Shown piece after piece: positions 23,552-36,749 of a stretch of DNA of 64,000 nt. The translations under genes and the position numbers were made by a program. The notes under the pieces were generated by a model. It had not been told where the DNA came from. It saw only the letters and a program-made list of their open reading frames with translations, and did no database searches. The DNA comes from Ascidiella aspersa (Eukaryota), in the NCBI GenBank assembly GCA_963924565.1, contig OZ004610.1:6076001-6140000 (forward strand), in the 5' to 3' direction. The number at the start of each line of letters is the position of its first letter. Position 1 is the stretch's first letter.

Positions 23552-26500
23552 TTAGGCGCAGTATCTGTAGTATCCGCTGCAATACCTGACACGGTAACTG
23601 CAGGTGCGTCTGCAAAACAAAAAAAAAGAAACATCAACAGCAGCAAACAATTTTAAAAGTTACATTACGTCACATGCAAACAGTGCAACAAATTCGAAAT
23701 AAATTATTCTGCGTCAATAAGACGCGTTAAAAGTTCTATTAGTTTTTACTGTATAATAGCTTATGACTGGCATATCAAAGCAAAAAAAGTGTATCATTAA
23801 AACGCAACAACTTACACATATGTGGTGTAGCAGTAGCTGTAGGAATTAACACAAGGAAGTGTGAATTTCCAGCTGAAGTAGCTTCCGTAGCAGAATCTCG
23901 GCATACAGAATCTTCCCACGTAACACTTGGCGCAGCAAGTGTAGTGAAGCACCAACTTGTCGAGGACGTCTGTCCAGTGGGCATCGAACTCAGCAAGGAT
24001 CGAGTTGCAGTAGATCACCAGCTTATCAGCGTAAGCATTACCAAGCACGTTGACCGAATCGGGAAGGGTTTCGCCGTGATGGAACTCATACATTGCAACG
24101 TATGTCTTCCAGAAAGCATTCTTGGACTGCAAACACAATAGTTTAGATCACAATCTTATAAATATGACAAGCTAATAATTTTCTAATAATATAAGATAAG
24201 TTAAAACTTTAGCCAAAAGATGTTTTTTGCAAACCTTGACCAAAGAATCCAACAAAGCTGATCTTTGTTTGTCGCGGCTATCTTCAAGTTTCTTCTTGTA
24301 ATCAGCAATCTTCGTAATGCGAGTGGCTAAGCATTCGGTGTACTTGTCGGTGATGCTCTTGATCATTTCGTTCACCTTAGTTGTGTAATCTGCAATGCTC
24401 TTGTGGAACTTTGCGAAGCATTCGATGAGACTAGCCAACAATTTTGCAGTGTACTCAGCAATTGCTGTATCCATTTTTTCCTTCAATTCCTGGGTAAGGG
24501 CTGCGATTTCTGCCTTTTGTTCATCAGTCAATTCAGTACTGTTGTTTCTGAAACGCAACACAAAAATTAAAATAATATAGATGCGGTTTTTTATAAGGGT
24601 CTAAATATTATCAAACGTTCCTAATATTTTGCGTGTTTTTCTTAAAAATTTTTATAGTTTATCATCAGTTAAGATTGACCAAGATTTTTATCTTACAAGC
24701 AAACGTAGTAAGCAGTCTTTGACTTGATGATGTTGGCGTGTCTTGCTTCGATGATTTCTTTGTATGCCTTAATGTAATCGACGTGGTATTGAGCCCACTT
24801 CGCCTTCCATTCATTGAATTTTGTCGTATATTCTCCTACAGCCTTTGAAAGTTGTGCTTCAAGTTCTGCTTTGATGTCTTCCACGCTCTTGTTAATGGTT
24901 CCTGTTGAAAAACACTTGTAGACAAGGAAAATATTTTATCTTTGTTTTTACATATGATGTAATAAGTTACTGTAATAAGTTACGTAATAACGTCACCACT
25001 TAATTAAGCAAAAAAATCGTGCTGTTTTTTTTTAGTACCATTGTGCAACTATAGTTAAATTAAAGCGCGATAAAATGCGTTAAGTTGTGAACCTTGTCCA
25101 TGTCATATATAACTACTAACTGTATCATACCAACGTCACATGTTTTCAATCCCTTGTAGCTGATTCCACGCCAGCAGTAGGAGTAACCGGACAAGCAACC
25201 ATACATTTTATAAGAGCACCTGGTGTAGCTCCACCAACATCCCAAAGAACGGCTAAAAAGTAAAATGCTCTTTCTAAGCTTTATTGTTATAAGTTAAGTC
25301 AAGCCTTCCCAAATATAATTTGTATTCTGTTAAATCAAAACATGTTTTTTACTGTTATTTTTAAGATCGAATTTCATTTAATATATTTACCAAGTATTGT
25401 AGTAGCTACGTTTGTAGAATTGAAGACAACCGTTGGTGAGGTAGCAGCGGTAGGAACATGTGTAGTAGGAAACCAGCTTGGCTTTGGTAATCAAAAGTTT
25501 GGCCAAATATTCCAGAGATTTGGTCTTGATCAGAATACATTCTTGGTCGTGGAACGACTGGATGACGGCATCGATTTTATCCTTGAAACCTTCGGCGTAG
25601 TCACCTAGGAAAAATATGATCGTTAAAGAATTAAATCTATTTAAACGTTATACATTTGTAATCTAAATTTACCATGAACGACTTCAAGTGTCTTCCTGTA
25701 ACGGTCTTCACGAACCTTGAGGACCGCCAAAAGATACTTGTAGTATTTGTTAACGTATTCGGTAATTTTGGTAGTCAACTGCTCGGTGTATTCTTTGATT
25801 TTTTCTTGTCTGGTTGTCAGACATTTTACGGCACTAAAATATAAATAAACGTTGTAATTTGTTTTTAATTTGTACAATCGGTAATATATTAACATAAAAT
25901 TAGAAATTTATTATTTTATAACAATTAAAACAGCAACAAATTAGTATACTTCTCAAGGAGTTTGGTGTGGTAATCAGTAATAGACTGGATCTTTGCTTCC
26001 ATCGCGGTGTTGTAGCTCTTCAAAGCCTCTGCTTTACTGTTGTCAAGATCGTCGTTGTATTTGGCAATCCTGGCGTCTCTTTTAGCTTCGAGTTCTACTT
26101 TCTCTTCGTCAGTGCTGGCTTTTCTAGAACGTCAAAAATGATTGGAATTCAATAACACTATTACGAGGGACCCAGTAAAAAAAATTTATAACACCAAATC
26201 AAATTACCAGTGATCGCTACACAAACATCTATATACCGATCTACAAATATCACCAATCTACTACTCTAGGTACTGTTATTGTTGATAAAATCAATTTGTT
26301 TGAACTACTTACGAGATATAGTACTCGTAGTATCTGTTGATGTATGTGGCGAAATCGGTCTTGTAATCAGCAATAACCTTCTCAACGTCTGCGATCCACT
26401 CGTTCTTCTTTGTGGTCATTTCGCTAACAATGGTGGCAAGACTTTCTTTGAGCAAATTGCTCATTTCAGTTTCAACTTCGGCGATGGTGCGTTCTGCAAA

Positions 26501-27196
26501 TGAAAACGAATAATATATTCACACCGCAAAGCCATCGCAGACTCGCCGAATATGTCGATCTATGATACAAGCAGAGCAAGCCAGATAAACAACTGGCCTG
26601 CAGTGAGGTTCGAACCCACGACCTCCGGTCAAGCCGGGACCGTCGGTCTACCAACTGAGCTATGCAGGCTCAGAGAGGCCTGCAGAGAGGCCGTAATCGT
26701 TGGTCACAAAGCAACATCCGAGGGGCTAGATCACAGATGTTATTAAACACATATGTTTGTGTGTGCCTTTCATCAATAATATATTTACTTAAGGAAATCT
26801 CACCGTTGCCTATCCTGTAACAATTTGACATTTTACAATTAGTTTCGAATAAGTTATTCTTCCTAAGTTTTAACCTAAAGCATGGCCATTTTGTACCTTG
26901 CCATCCATCTTTTCCGCAGTCATCTCCTGGGTAGTACTTGAGGATGGGAGCGTAGAACTTGGAGGAACACCAGGCTCTGTTGAAATAGATGTTGAAGCAG
27001 AAGGTCTGTGGTGCGGGTTGAACACAGAACTGCCTTCTGTAGTAGTAGGAGTAGGAATAGGTGCAAAATGCGTTTGAGGCCTGAAAAATATTGTCCACAA
27101 TCGTAAGCTAAAGGTCTATAAAATATAAAAAATACTCCTAAAGAAATGGCAACAACTTACGGCAATGCACGCCAGAAGAACTAGCAGAATCTTCAT
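23552..27196 (-). CDS. Copy A: secreted Tyr/Cys-rich helical protein, 652 aa. Exons 27196-27161, 27080-26897, 26493-26313, 26123-25950, 25833-25673, 25604-25391, 25252-25131, 24901-24697, 24547-24235, 24126-23816, 23609-23552
   Basis: Exon lengths 36/184/181/174/161/214/122/205/313/311/58 = 1959 nt, open frame MKILLVLLACIA|ASNAFC...RYCSGYYRYCA*. All introns GT-AG. Upstream TATA/Inr and downstream AATAAA. Confidence 0.9.
26520..26774 (-). mobile_element. 255-bp tRNA-containing retroelement-like insertion in intron 2 of copy A only
   Basis: 11-bp TSD AATAATATATT (26509-26519, 26775-26785). Absent from the same intron in B-E. Internal tRNA-like segment 26669-26596 with box A TAGCTCAGTTGG and box B GGTTCGAACC. 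Confidence 0.85.
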
Positions 27197-27238
27197 CTTT
27201 GTTTCTCTTCCAATTGAATCTCTTCCTTGGGTAGAGCT

Positions 27239-27273
27239 GAATGATTTGCAGTGAGCGCTGCAGAACTTTTATA
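27239..27273 (-). promoter_or_regulatory. TATA box + initiator of copy A
   Basis: TATAAAA 27273-27267 and TCATTC, with its A 31 nt from the TATA start. Confidence 0.75.
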
Positions 27274-29288
27274 GACTTCCATGGCGGTAAACAAGATCCT
27301 CGAATCTTGTAAAAATTACAAATCCATATTGCCGTGAATGACACTTGAATGTTTTGCTTCTTCATTACACGTGGCCACAAGCAGGAACAACTTGCCTCGT
27401 GAACGACTCTGAACGACCCTGCGCACCTGAAATAACAGCTCACTTCACAGAGATAAATCGTATTAAAATGCTCCCTGCAATATTTTGAGTTTGGATCCTG
27501 CAATAACAAATCGTGCAATTAGCTTATCTCTTTTTCCATTTTGAGTCCCGATTAAACAAACAGCACACACATGCGGATATGATTTGTTTTCCGTATCGTA
27601 CAAATTTGATTCAATAATGTTGTAACAAGACAAAATATTTCGTAACACCGACGACGAATGAAATACACTTGTTGTTCAAAGTTTTAAAGCGTTTAACATC
27701 ACAGTTTTCAAGTTGAGTGCAATGAGATGACCGCTGAGGGCTGTTGATCGGTCTGAAAAGACATATAAAATTTTTTATTGGGTTGTTGCAATAACAAAAT
27801 CGTGCAATTATTACATCTCTGAAGTCCCGATTATACAAACAGGACACACCATACGGATATGATTTGTTTTTCCGCTTCGTACAAATTGATTCAATGATGT
27901 TGTAACAAGACAAAATATTTGGTAACTTATCGACGAATAAAGTACACTTGTTGTTCCAAGTTTTTTAACATCTCGTTTTCGAGGTGAGTACCTCATCCGC
28001 AATTTTCTGACTGAAGAGGGTCTGATAATTGGTCTACAAGGACACACTTGTTAATCCGACAACCTGCAAAATTTAGATGTGGTTGTTGCAATAACAAAGA
28101 AGCGCAATCATCGTCTCTCTGTAGTGCTGAAGTAGTGATTATGCAAACAGGATGCGCATATGGATATGATCTGTTTTCCCGCAGCGTTCCATGTTAACCA
28201 AATCATGTTAGTCAAATTTAAAATATTGGTAGCTACTGCTTATTGCTACGGCAATAAATGAAGTGCACTCTAATTATTCAATGTACACACATTCAAGTTT
28301 GTTTAACATAACGTTTGCGTGTTAAATGTATCATGGCTTGTGCAAAAATCACATCCAGATCGATTTGGTCTGTTTAGTTGCAATTTTGTCGTCCGGTGTT
28401 TACTCATAGGTATTCGCTCGGATACTTGAAGTGGTGACATCGATGAATGTTCTTCAGTTTGTTCGTCGAATGTCGCGTTTCGAAATGTCAATTTGCGTCA
28501 CTTGCAATTTTTGATGCTTTCTGTGTGTGGTTAGTTTTAACTCAAGCGATAAGTTATTCAGGCGATCAACTGGTCTGCCAACACAAATTCAAGCGATAAG
28601 TTATTCAGGCGATCAACTGGTCTGCCAACATTTTTTAATCTACTTACCACTCACGAAATATCGATATAATTAAACAGTTCAGCAAAGAGTACATTTTTCA
28701 CCAAATTTTGTTTTTAGCCACTGAAATTTAAACCAGGATATGCCTAAACTGAGACTCGTTCAAATTGGTTTAAGGTTTGCAAGTAGGCCTATATTAACTT
28801 GTTGTAACAAATGTGTACAGAAAATCGAACAAATGGAAACATTTTGCTTGTCCTTGTAAAGCGTTAAAGCCGGCGACAGTTTAGGAAATTAAAAGATTCG
28901 CCAACTGAAAATTTAGAAAAGCACTGGCGAAAATTTAATGCCGAAAAACTTACCGCTAAATTCGTTTGAATCCTTGAAACATTTGCTGTAGCTCAGAAAA
29001 CGTTCTTAGATTTGCGAAACCTAATTTGAAATCAATTTAAAAAATATGGATTAAAAACCAAATACAATAACATTAGGACACTAAGGAAATATCCAGAGAT
29101 GGGCGGGGGACACAACGCCATACTAAACCTAAACTTTGCGCTACAGTGCCAGTTCGGAAGCTCTAGTTAAGCATCGTATGTTGATTGAATTCGTTTTACA
29201 GATTCTTATTGTATTATTCTTGAATACTAACCAAAGCGAGACATAGTGTAGTTTAGAAAAAGTGTTTATCATCAGTTGGGGAATCGAG

Positions 29289-29451
29289 CGAGTCATCGCG
29301 ACAATTGCAACGTGTGCGCGCCACAAGTTACGAGTTTCGCTAAACACACAAGTCACACTGATTGCGTCAAGCTCGCCTCTCATGGCCACGACAACCTTCT
29401 CTTGCAAAATTGTAAAATTGCGACGAGAACTCGGCCTATGCAAACATGTTG
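29289..29451. promoter_or_regulatory. Conserved non-coding element copy upstream of A
   Basis: Homologous to 15469-15636. Confidence 0.55.
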
Positions 29452-30964
29452 CTTAAGTATGTTGCAAGGAAATAAATCTCTTAAAAAGCTTGCAATTGTT
29501 CAAAGAAGGCGGTGTCACCGTTCTCGGAGTAAACATTCCAATTGATCCTGCACAGTCCAGCACGCGTTTGTTTTAGTGTCTTAATCATATCACAACTGCT
29601 ATTTAATTTGCCATTTGTAGACCGTGGCTATGTGAAACGTGACGTATTCCATATTAGTTTAAAATTGAAAAATTATCCATAGACAAGGAGACAACAGATA
29701 AAAGCCGCCCCAATTTATAATTTTTTCCGACTTGTACCATTTTCTTCTTTATTTGATTTAATTTTTTTGCATCAATTGTACCCGACATGGTTCGAGACCA
29801 CCGAAAATCTTCGCATGCTTTCCGTTGTTTAAACAAAACAAAAAACGACCATTTACAAATTAGGTTTTGTTTACTTAAACTATAAATAAACGATGTACCC
29901 AAGTGGTAAGTGTCTGGTGTCCCCCAAATTAAAATCCTGGATCCGCGAATGAAGAAGTCCTGGCGAAAAACCAAACTTGCGCCAAATCAAATATTACTTT
30001 TATCACAGTGTAGGGTACCAAAGAACGAGGTGATTATGGATTAAAACATTTTAGCTTCAGGTGAAAAAAGAATTACTAAACATGAATTAGTTTAGCGATA
30101 GACTTAGAAATTAAACCTAGAGTATTATATTTTTAATAGCGTACAGTCTCCTGGTATCGCGGTATAATAAATTGGATATTTTATGAGGTTCAAATATAAT
30201 GTCCAAGGCGTGTTATGTGCGTCTTTTTTATATATTTTTTAGAGTAAATATACTATGGTAGTTGTCAGTGTTGTAATGACTTAAGTTAATGACTTATGAC
30301 ACTAAGTGCACTTGAGTGATTTCGACAAATGACTTAACAAATTGCTAAAAATGCTGGTAGTTATACTCTACTTGAATCCGTCGAGTACAGCTTCTGATTT
30401 AGCAGGCAATTCGTTTGGACCAGAGTGGCATATTGTAAACTCTGCCAAAAGGTCTTTTGGATAAAATTGTTCATACTACCATACTTGCATTGTTATCAGA
30501 TATGCCTGAGTTTCAAGTATATTTGTATGCTGTGAAATTACTTGTTCTTCTGTTTATTTCAATAAAATTATATTGTTTTAACTAAGGCAAATACGAAGTG
30601 GTACTTATCTTATCAATAGATTAAGTATGTATTTTTTATTTGCATTAAAATTTATCTGTTGTTGAGCGATCGCGTAAATATTTTAGAGGCCAGAGGATTG
30701 TGGTTTGCCTAACTTCGTTGATGATATGTGTCGATTATTCTTAAGAGTATCTTGTGTCTTTAATTATCTCCACCAAGTGCTAACATTCATTTAACCCCTT
30801 AGAACTTTCTTCCTTAAGAATTATTTCACACAAAAACAATAATGATTTAGATAAAACTTCGAGTATCGAAAAAACTAAAACACCAGACAGGTATATTTCA
30901 GATGAATTTATTTTTCTGTATTACTACGGGCATTCGGAATGCGCAACATTTCTTGATTTCAAGG

Positions 30965-33900
30965 TTAGGCGCAGTATCTGTAGTATCCGCTGCAATACCT
31001 GACACGGTAACTGCAGGTGCGTCTGCAAAACAAAAAAAAAGAAACATCAACAGCAGCAAACAATTTTAAAAGTTACATTACGTCACATGCAAACAGTGCA
31101 ACAAATTCGAAATAAATTATTCTGCGTCAATAAGACGCGTTAAAAGTTCTATTAGTTTTTACTATATAATAGCTTATGACTGGCATATCAAAGCAAAAAA
31201 AGTGTATCATTAAAACGCAACAACTTACACATATGTGGTGTAGCAGTAGCTGTAGGAATTAACACAAGGAAGTGTGAATTTCCAGCTGAAGTAGCTTCCG
31301 TAGCAGAATCTCGGCATACAGAATCTTCCCACGTAACACTTGGCGCAGCAAGTGTAGTGAAGCACCAACTTGTCGAGGACGTCTGTCCAGTGGGCATCGA
31401 ACTCAGCAAGGATCGAGTTGCAGTAGATCACCAGCTTATCAGCGTAAGCATTACCAAGCACGTTGACCGAATCGGGAAGGGTTTCGCCGTGATGGAACTC
31501 ATACATTGCAACGTATGTCTTCCAGAAAGCATTCTTGGACTGCAAACACAATAGTTTAGATCACAATCTTATAAATATGACAAGCTGATAATTTTCTAAT
31601 AATATAAGATAAGTTAAAACTTTAGCCAAAAGATGTTTTTTGCAAACCTTGACCAAAGAATCCAACAAAGCTGATCTTTGTTTGTCGCGGCTATCTTCAA
31701 GTTTCTTCTTGTAATCAGCAATCTTCGTAATGCGAGTGGCTAAGCATTCGGTGTACTTGTCGGTGATGCTCTTGATCATTTCGTTCACCTTAGTTGTGTA
31801 ATCTGCAATGCTCTTGTGGAACTTTGCGAAGCATTCGATGAGACTAGCCAACAATTTTGCAGTGTACTCAGCAATTGCTGTATCCATTTTTTCCTTCAAT
31901 TCCTGGGTAAGGGCTGCGATTTCTGCCTTTTGTTCATCAGTCAATTCAGTACTGTTGTTTCTGAAACGCAACACAAAAATTAAAATAATATAGATGCGGT
32001 TTTTTATAAGGGTCTAAATATTATCAAACGTTCCTAATATTTTGCGTGTTTTTCTTAAAAATTTTTATAGTTTATCATCAGTTAAGATTGACCAAGATTT
32101 TTATCTTACAAGCAAACGTAGTAAGCAGTCTTTGACTTGATGATGTTGGCGTGTCTTGCTTCGATGATTTCTTTGTATGCCTTAATGTAATCGACGTGGT
32201 ATTGAGCCCACTTCGCCTTCCATTCATTGAATTTTGTCGTATATTCTCCTACAGCCTTTGAAAGTTGTGCTTCAAGTTCTGCTTTGATGTCTTCCACGCT
32301 CTTGTTAATGGTTCCTGTTGAAAAACACTTGTAGACAAGGAAAATATTTTATCTTTGTTTTTACATATGATGTAATAAGTTACTGTAATAAGTTACGTAA
32401 TAACGTCACCACTTAATTAAGCAAAAAAATCGTGCTGTTTTTTTTTAGTACCATTGTGCAACTATAGTTAAATTAAAGCGCGATAAAATGCGTTAAGTTG
32501 TGAACCTTGTCCATGTCATATATAACTACTAACTGTATCATACCAACGTCACATGTTTTCAATCCCTTGTAGCTGATTCCACGCCAGCAGTAGGAGTAAC
32601 CGGACAAGCAACCATACATTTTATAAGAGCACCTGGTGTAGCTCCACCAACATCCCAAAGAACGGCTAAAAAGTAAAATGCTCTGTCTAAGCTTTATTGT
32701 TATACCTTCCCAAATATAATTTGTATTCTGTTAAATCAAAACATGTTTTTTACTGTTATTTTTAAGATATCGAATTTCATTTAATATATTTACCAAGTAT
32801 TGTAGTAGCTACGTTTGTAGAATTGAAGACAACCGTTGGTGAGGTAGCAGCGGTAGGAACATGTGTAGTAGGAAACCAGCTTGGCTTTGGTAATCAAAAG
32901 TTTGGCCAAATATTCCAGAGATTTGGTCTTGATCAGAATACATTCTTGGTCGTGGAACGACTGGATGACGGCATCGATTTTATCCTTGAAACCTTCGGCG
33001 TAGTCACCTAGGAAAAATATGATCGTTAAAGAATTAAATCTATTTAAACGTTATACATTTGTAATCTAAATTTACCATGAACGACTTCAAGTGTCTTCCT
33101 GTAACGGTCTTCACGAACCTTGAGGACCGCCAAAAGATACTTGTAGTATTTGTTAACGTATTCGGTAATTTTGGTAGTCAACTGCTCGGTGTATTCTTTG
33201 ATTTTTTCTTGTCTGGTTGTCAGACATTTTACGGCACTAAAATATAAATAAACGTTGTAATTTGTTTTTAATTTGTACAATCGGTAATATATTAACATAA
33301 AATTAGAAATTTATTATTTTATAACAATTAAAACAGCAACAAATTAGTATACTTCTCAAGGAGTTTGGTGTGGTAATCAGTAATAGACTGGATCTTTGCT
33401 TCCATCGCGGTGTTGTAGCTCTTCAAAGCCTCTGCTTTACTGTTGTCAAGATCGTCGTTGTATTTGGCAATCCTGGCGTCTCTTTTAGCTTCGAGTTCTA
33501 CTTTCTCTTCGTCAGTGCTGGCTTTTCTAGAACGTCAAAAATGATTGGAATTCAATAACACTATTACGAGGGACCCAGTAAAAAAAATTTATAACACCAA
33601 ATCAAATTACCAGTGATCGCTACACAAACATCTATATACCGATCTACAAATATCACCAATCTACTACTCTAGGTACTGTTATTGTTGATAAAATCAATTT
33701 GTTTGAACTACTTACGAGATATAGTACTCGTAGTATCTGTTGATGTATGTGGCGAAATCGGTCTTGTAATCAGCAATAACCTTCTCAACGTCTGCGATCC
33801 ACGCGTTCTTCTTTGTGGTCATTTCGCTGACAATGGTGGCAAGACTTTCTTTGAGCAAATTGCTCATTTCAGTTTCAACTTCGGCGATGGTGCGTTCTGC

Positions 33901-34332
33901 AAATGAAAGCGGGTAATATCTTTACTTAAGGAAATTTAACTGTTGTCTACCCTGTAACAAGTTGAGATTGATAATTAGGTTTTAATATGTTATTCTTCTT
34001 AAATTTTAACCTAAAGCATGGCCATTTTGTACCTTGCCATCCATCTTTTCCGCAGTCGTCTCCTGGGTAGTACTTGAGGATGGGAGCGTAGAACTTGGAG
34101 GAACACCAGGCTCTGTTAAAATAGATGTTGAAGCAGAAGGTCTGTGGTGCGGGTTGAACACAGAACTGCCTTCTGTAGTAGTAGGAGTAGGAATAGGTGC
34201 AAAATGCGTTTGAGGCCTGAAAAATATTGTCCACAATCGTAAGCTATAGGTCTATAAAATATAGAAAATACTCCTAAAGAAATGGCAACAACTTACGGCA
34301 ATGCACGCCAGAAGAACTAGCAGAATCTTCAT
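30965..34332 (-). CDS. Copy B: secreted Tyr/Cys-rich helical protein, 652 aa, 11 exons
   Basis: Near-identical to A. ATG at 34332, exon 1 34332-34297, stop 30967-30965. Splice sites retained and no stop or frameshift seen. Confidence 0.9.
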
Positions 34333-34374
34333 CTTTGTTTCTCTTCCAATTGAATCTCTTCCTTGGGTAGAGCT

Positions 34375-34409
34375 GAATGATTTGCATTGAGCGCTGCTGG
34401 ACTTTTATA
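34375..34409 (-). promoter_or_regulatory. TATA box + initiator of copy B
   Basis: TATAAAA 34409-34403, TCATTC 34380-34375. Confidence 0.75.
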
Positions 34410-35362
34410 GACTTCCACGGTGGTAAACAAGATCCTCGAATCTTGCAAAAATCACAAATCCATATTGCCGTGAATGACACTTGAATGTTTTGCTTGTTCA
34501 TTGCACGTGGCCACAAGCAGGAACAACTTGCCTTGCGAACGACACTGAAGAGCTCTGCGCACCTGAAATAACAGATCACTCCACATAGATACATCATTTT
34601 AAAGAGTTTTCTGGAATATTTTAAGTTTGTATGCTGCAATAACAAATCGTGCAATTAGCGTCTCTCTTTCTGTGTTGAAGTCCCGATTATACAAACAGGA
34701 TACACAATGCGGATGAGATTTGTTTTTCCACATCGCAAAAAAGTTGATGCAATGATGTTGAGTCCCAATTATACAAACAGGATGCACAATGCGGATATGA
34801 TCTGTTTTCCCGCCATGTACAAAGTTGATTCAATGATGTTGTGAGAAGAAAAATATTCGTTAACACCGACGACGATTGAAGTACACTTGTTGTTCAAAGT
34901 TTTAAAGCGGTTAACATCACATTTTTTGAGTTGAGTACCTCTTCCGCAGTCGCTGACTTCTGAGGGTCTGATGATCGGTCTACAAAGCCAAACTTGTTGA
35001 TTCAACCACCTGCAAAACCTTAGGTTTGGTTATTGTAATAGATATCTCGTGTAATTATCGTCTCTCTACATCACTGATTAGTTACTATGCAAACAGTAAG
35101 TCAATACGGATATCGCCTGATTTCCGCGTCGTTAGATGTTAACCAAATGATGTTCGCTAAAATGAAATTATTGAGTTACGGCAAACAGATAAAGTACACT
35201 CGAGTTCTTCAATGTACACCAATTTAAACCGTTATACGTTGTGTTTGCGAGTTGAGTGTTTTTTTAAAAGCTCGCTGATTGCAAAGGCTCTCATGGTTTG
35301 TACAAGAAACGTCGATTTGGTTTGATTGATTGTACTTGTGTCGTCCGGTGCTTACTCTAGAT

Positions 35363-35712
35363 CAGGGGCGGCAACCTACGGCCTGCGGGCCGGATTCGGC
35401 CGGCCGATGTAATTTATCCGGGCCGCCGTCTCTTTGACAAACTAGACACGAGTCCATTTCACACACTTTTTTACTATTTTAAATACGTCATTGTGAAAAA
35501 TTGTTGCGCTTTCCGTGAATGTTTATTTACGTCCGGTTTGTTTACGTTTTGCTGCTGCCCATTTCAATTAGATTCGAAATTCTTTACCGTTGCGCCGTGG
35601 AAGGCTGCAAAGTGCGTCGCGCAACTACGGAAACGTATTAGAAATATGGGACATATATTTTTTAACAGTTTATTTTTTTCGTTACTGTAATAAAATATAT
35701 ATTTTTTTTGCT
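35363..35712. mobile_element. Truncated hAT/Charlie-like MITE upstream of B
   Basis: Starts CAGGGGCGGCAACCTACGGCCTGCGGGCCGG, an inverted homolog of ~17400-17674. Second TIR missing. Adjacent upstream DNA present in the A-type unit is deleted. Confidence 0.65.
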
Positions 35713-35717
35713 AACAC

Positions 35718-35855
35718 TTGCAACGTGAGCGCGCCACAAGTTACGAGTTTAAGTCCCACTGAAAGCGTCAAGCTCGCCTCTCATGTAAAAACAACCTTCC
35801 CATTCAAATTACACTGTAGCTTTACAACGAGAACTTGGCCCATGCAAACATGGTG
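35718..35855. promoter_or_regulatory. Truncated conserved non-coding element copy upstream of B
   Basis: Homologous to 15469-15636, but clipped at one end and lacking the CGCTAAACACAC block. Confidence 0.5.
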
Positions 35856-36749
35856 CTTAAGCCTTAATGGAAAAAAAATCTGTTCAAACGCTTGCAATTA
35901 ATCACAGAAGATAGCTTCACCGTTCGTAAAGACAAAAATCCAGTGCATCCTGTACAGTCCAGCACGCGCTTGTTTTAATATTATAATTGTATCACAACTG
36001 CAATTCAATTTGCCATTTGTAGATCGTGACTGTGTGAAACGTGACGTATTCCATACTAGTTTAGGCTGAAAATTATTAATAGACAAGGGACAGCAAATAA
36101 AGTTTTCCGTTGTTTAAATATTTTACGTGTATTAACTTAAAAAACCCGAATATAATGACCATTTACAAGTTACGTTTTTGGTACCATGTATCCGAACTCA
36201 GAAAACTTTTATATCCGGTGTCACCTACCATTCGCAATTAAAAAGTCCTGGCGATTAAAGCAAACTAATGACTTGACCTAATTGCACTTAAGTCACTGTG
36301 TTGAAATGATTTGATCAAAGTGATTTGGACAAATAACTTCACATATGTTAAGATCTTTTGTTGAATACTTTTCAATAAAATTGGGTTATTTTAGCCAATT
36401 CTGAAATGTGAAAATGTTGACTTGCTATTTGTTTTGTTTTTGTGTTTGTTTTTAAAAATGTTGATCACAATGTAAAATTCCAAGGTTTAAAAGTTTAATA
36501 TTTTTTATCACTTGGACAGCAAATTATTTGGATTGAGACTTGACTTGCTATTTATTCAAAATCACTCGACTTGAATTTTCCATGTTGTGCAAATGAATTG
36601 ACTAGGTTTTAAGTCATTTACGTTTTTTAGAGAAAAATGTTCATGTATTAAGCGTACCGTAAATGTTATCCTTATTTACATTGTTATGAAGTATATTTGT
36701 CTTTAAATATGTATATATGTATTATTTTAATTTTTATGTTGCGTTTCAG

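Larger units (their letters stand above)
20420..34300 (-). repeat. Left-arm tandem duplication, period 7413 bp (units containing A and B)
   Basis: Near-identical sequence at offset 7413 (e.g. 20890/28303, 22241/29654, 23812/31225). Offset shifts to 7403 after an intron-6 indel, and shifts again at the A-specific insertion. Confidence 0.95.

Noticed and set aside
26596-26669. tRNA gene
   Set aside because: The anticodon arm is irregular, and the segment lies inside a TSD-flanked insertion private to one copy.
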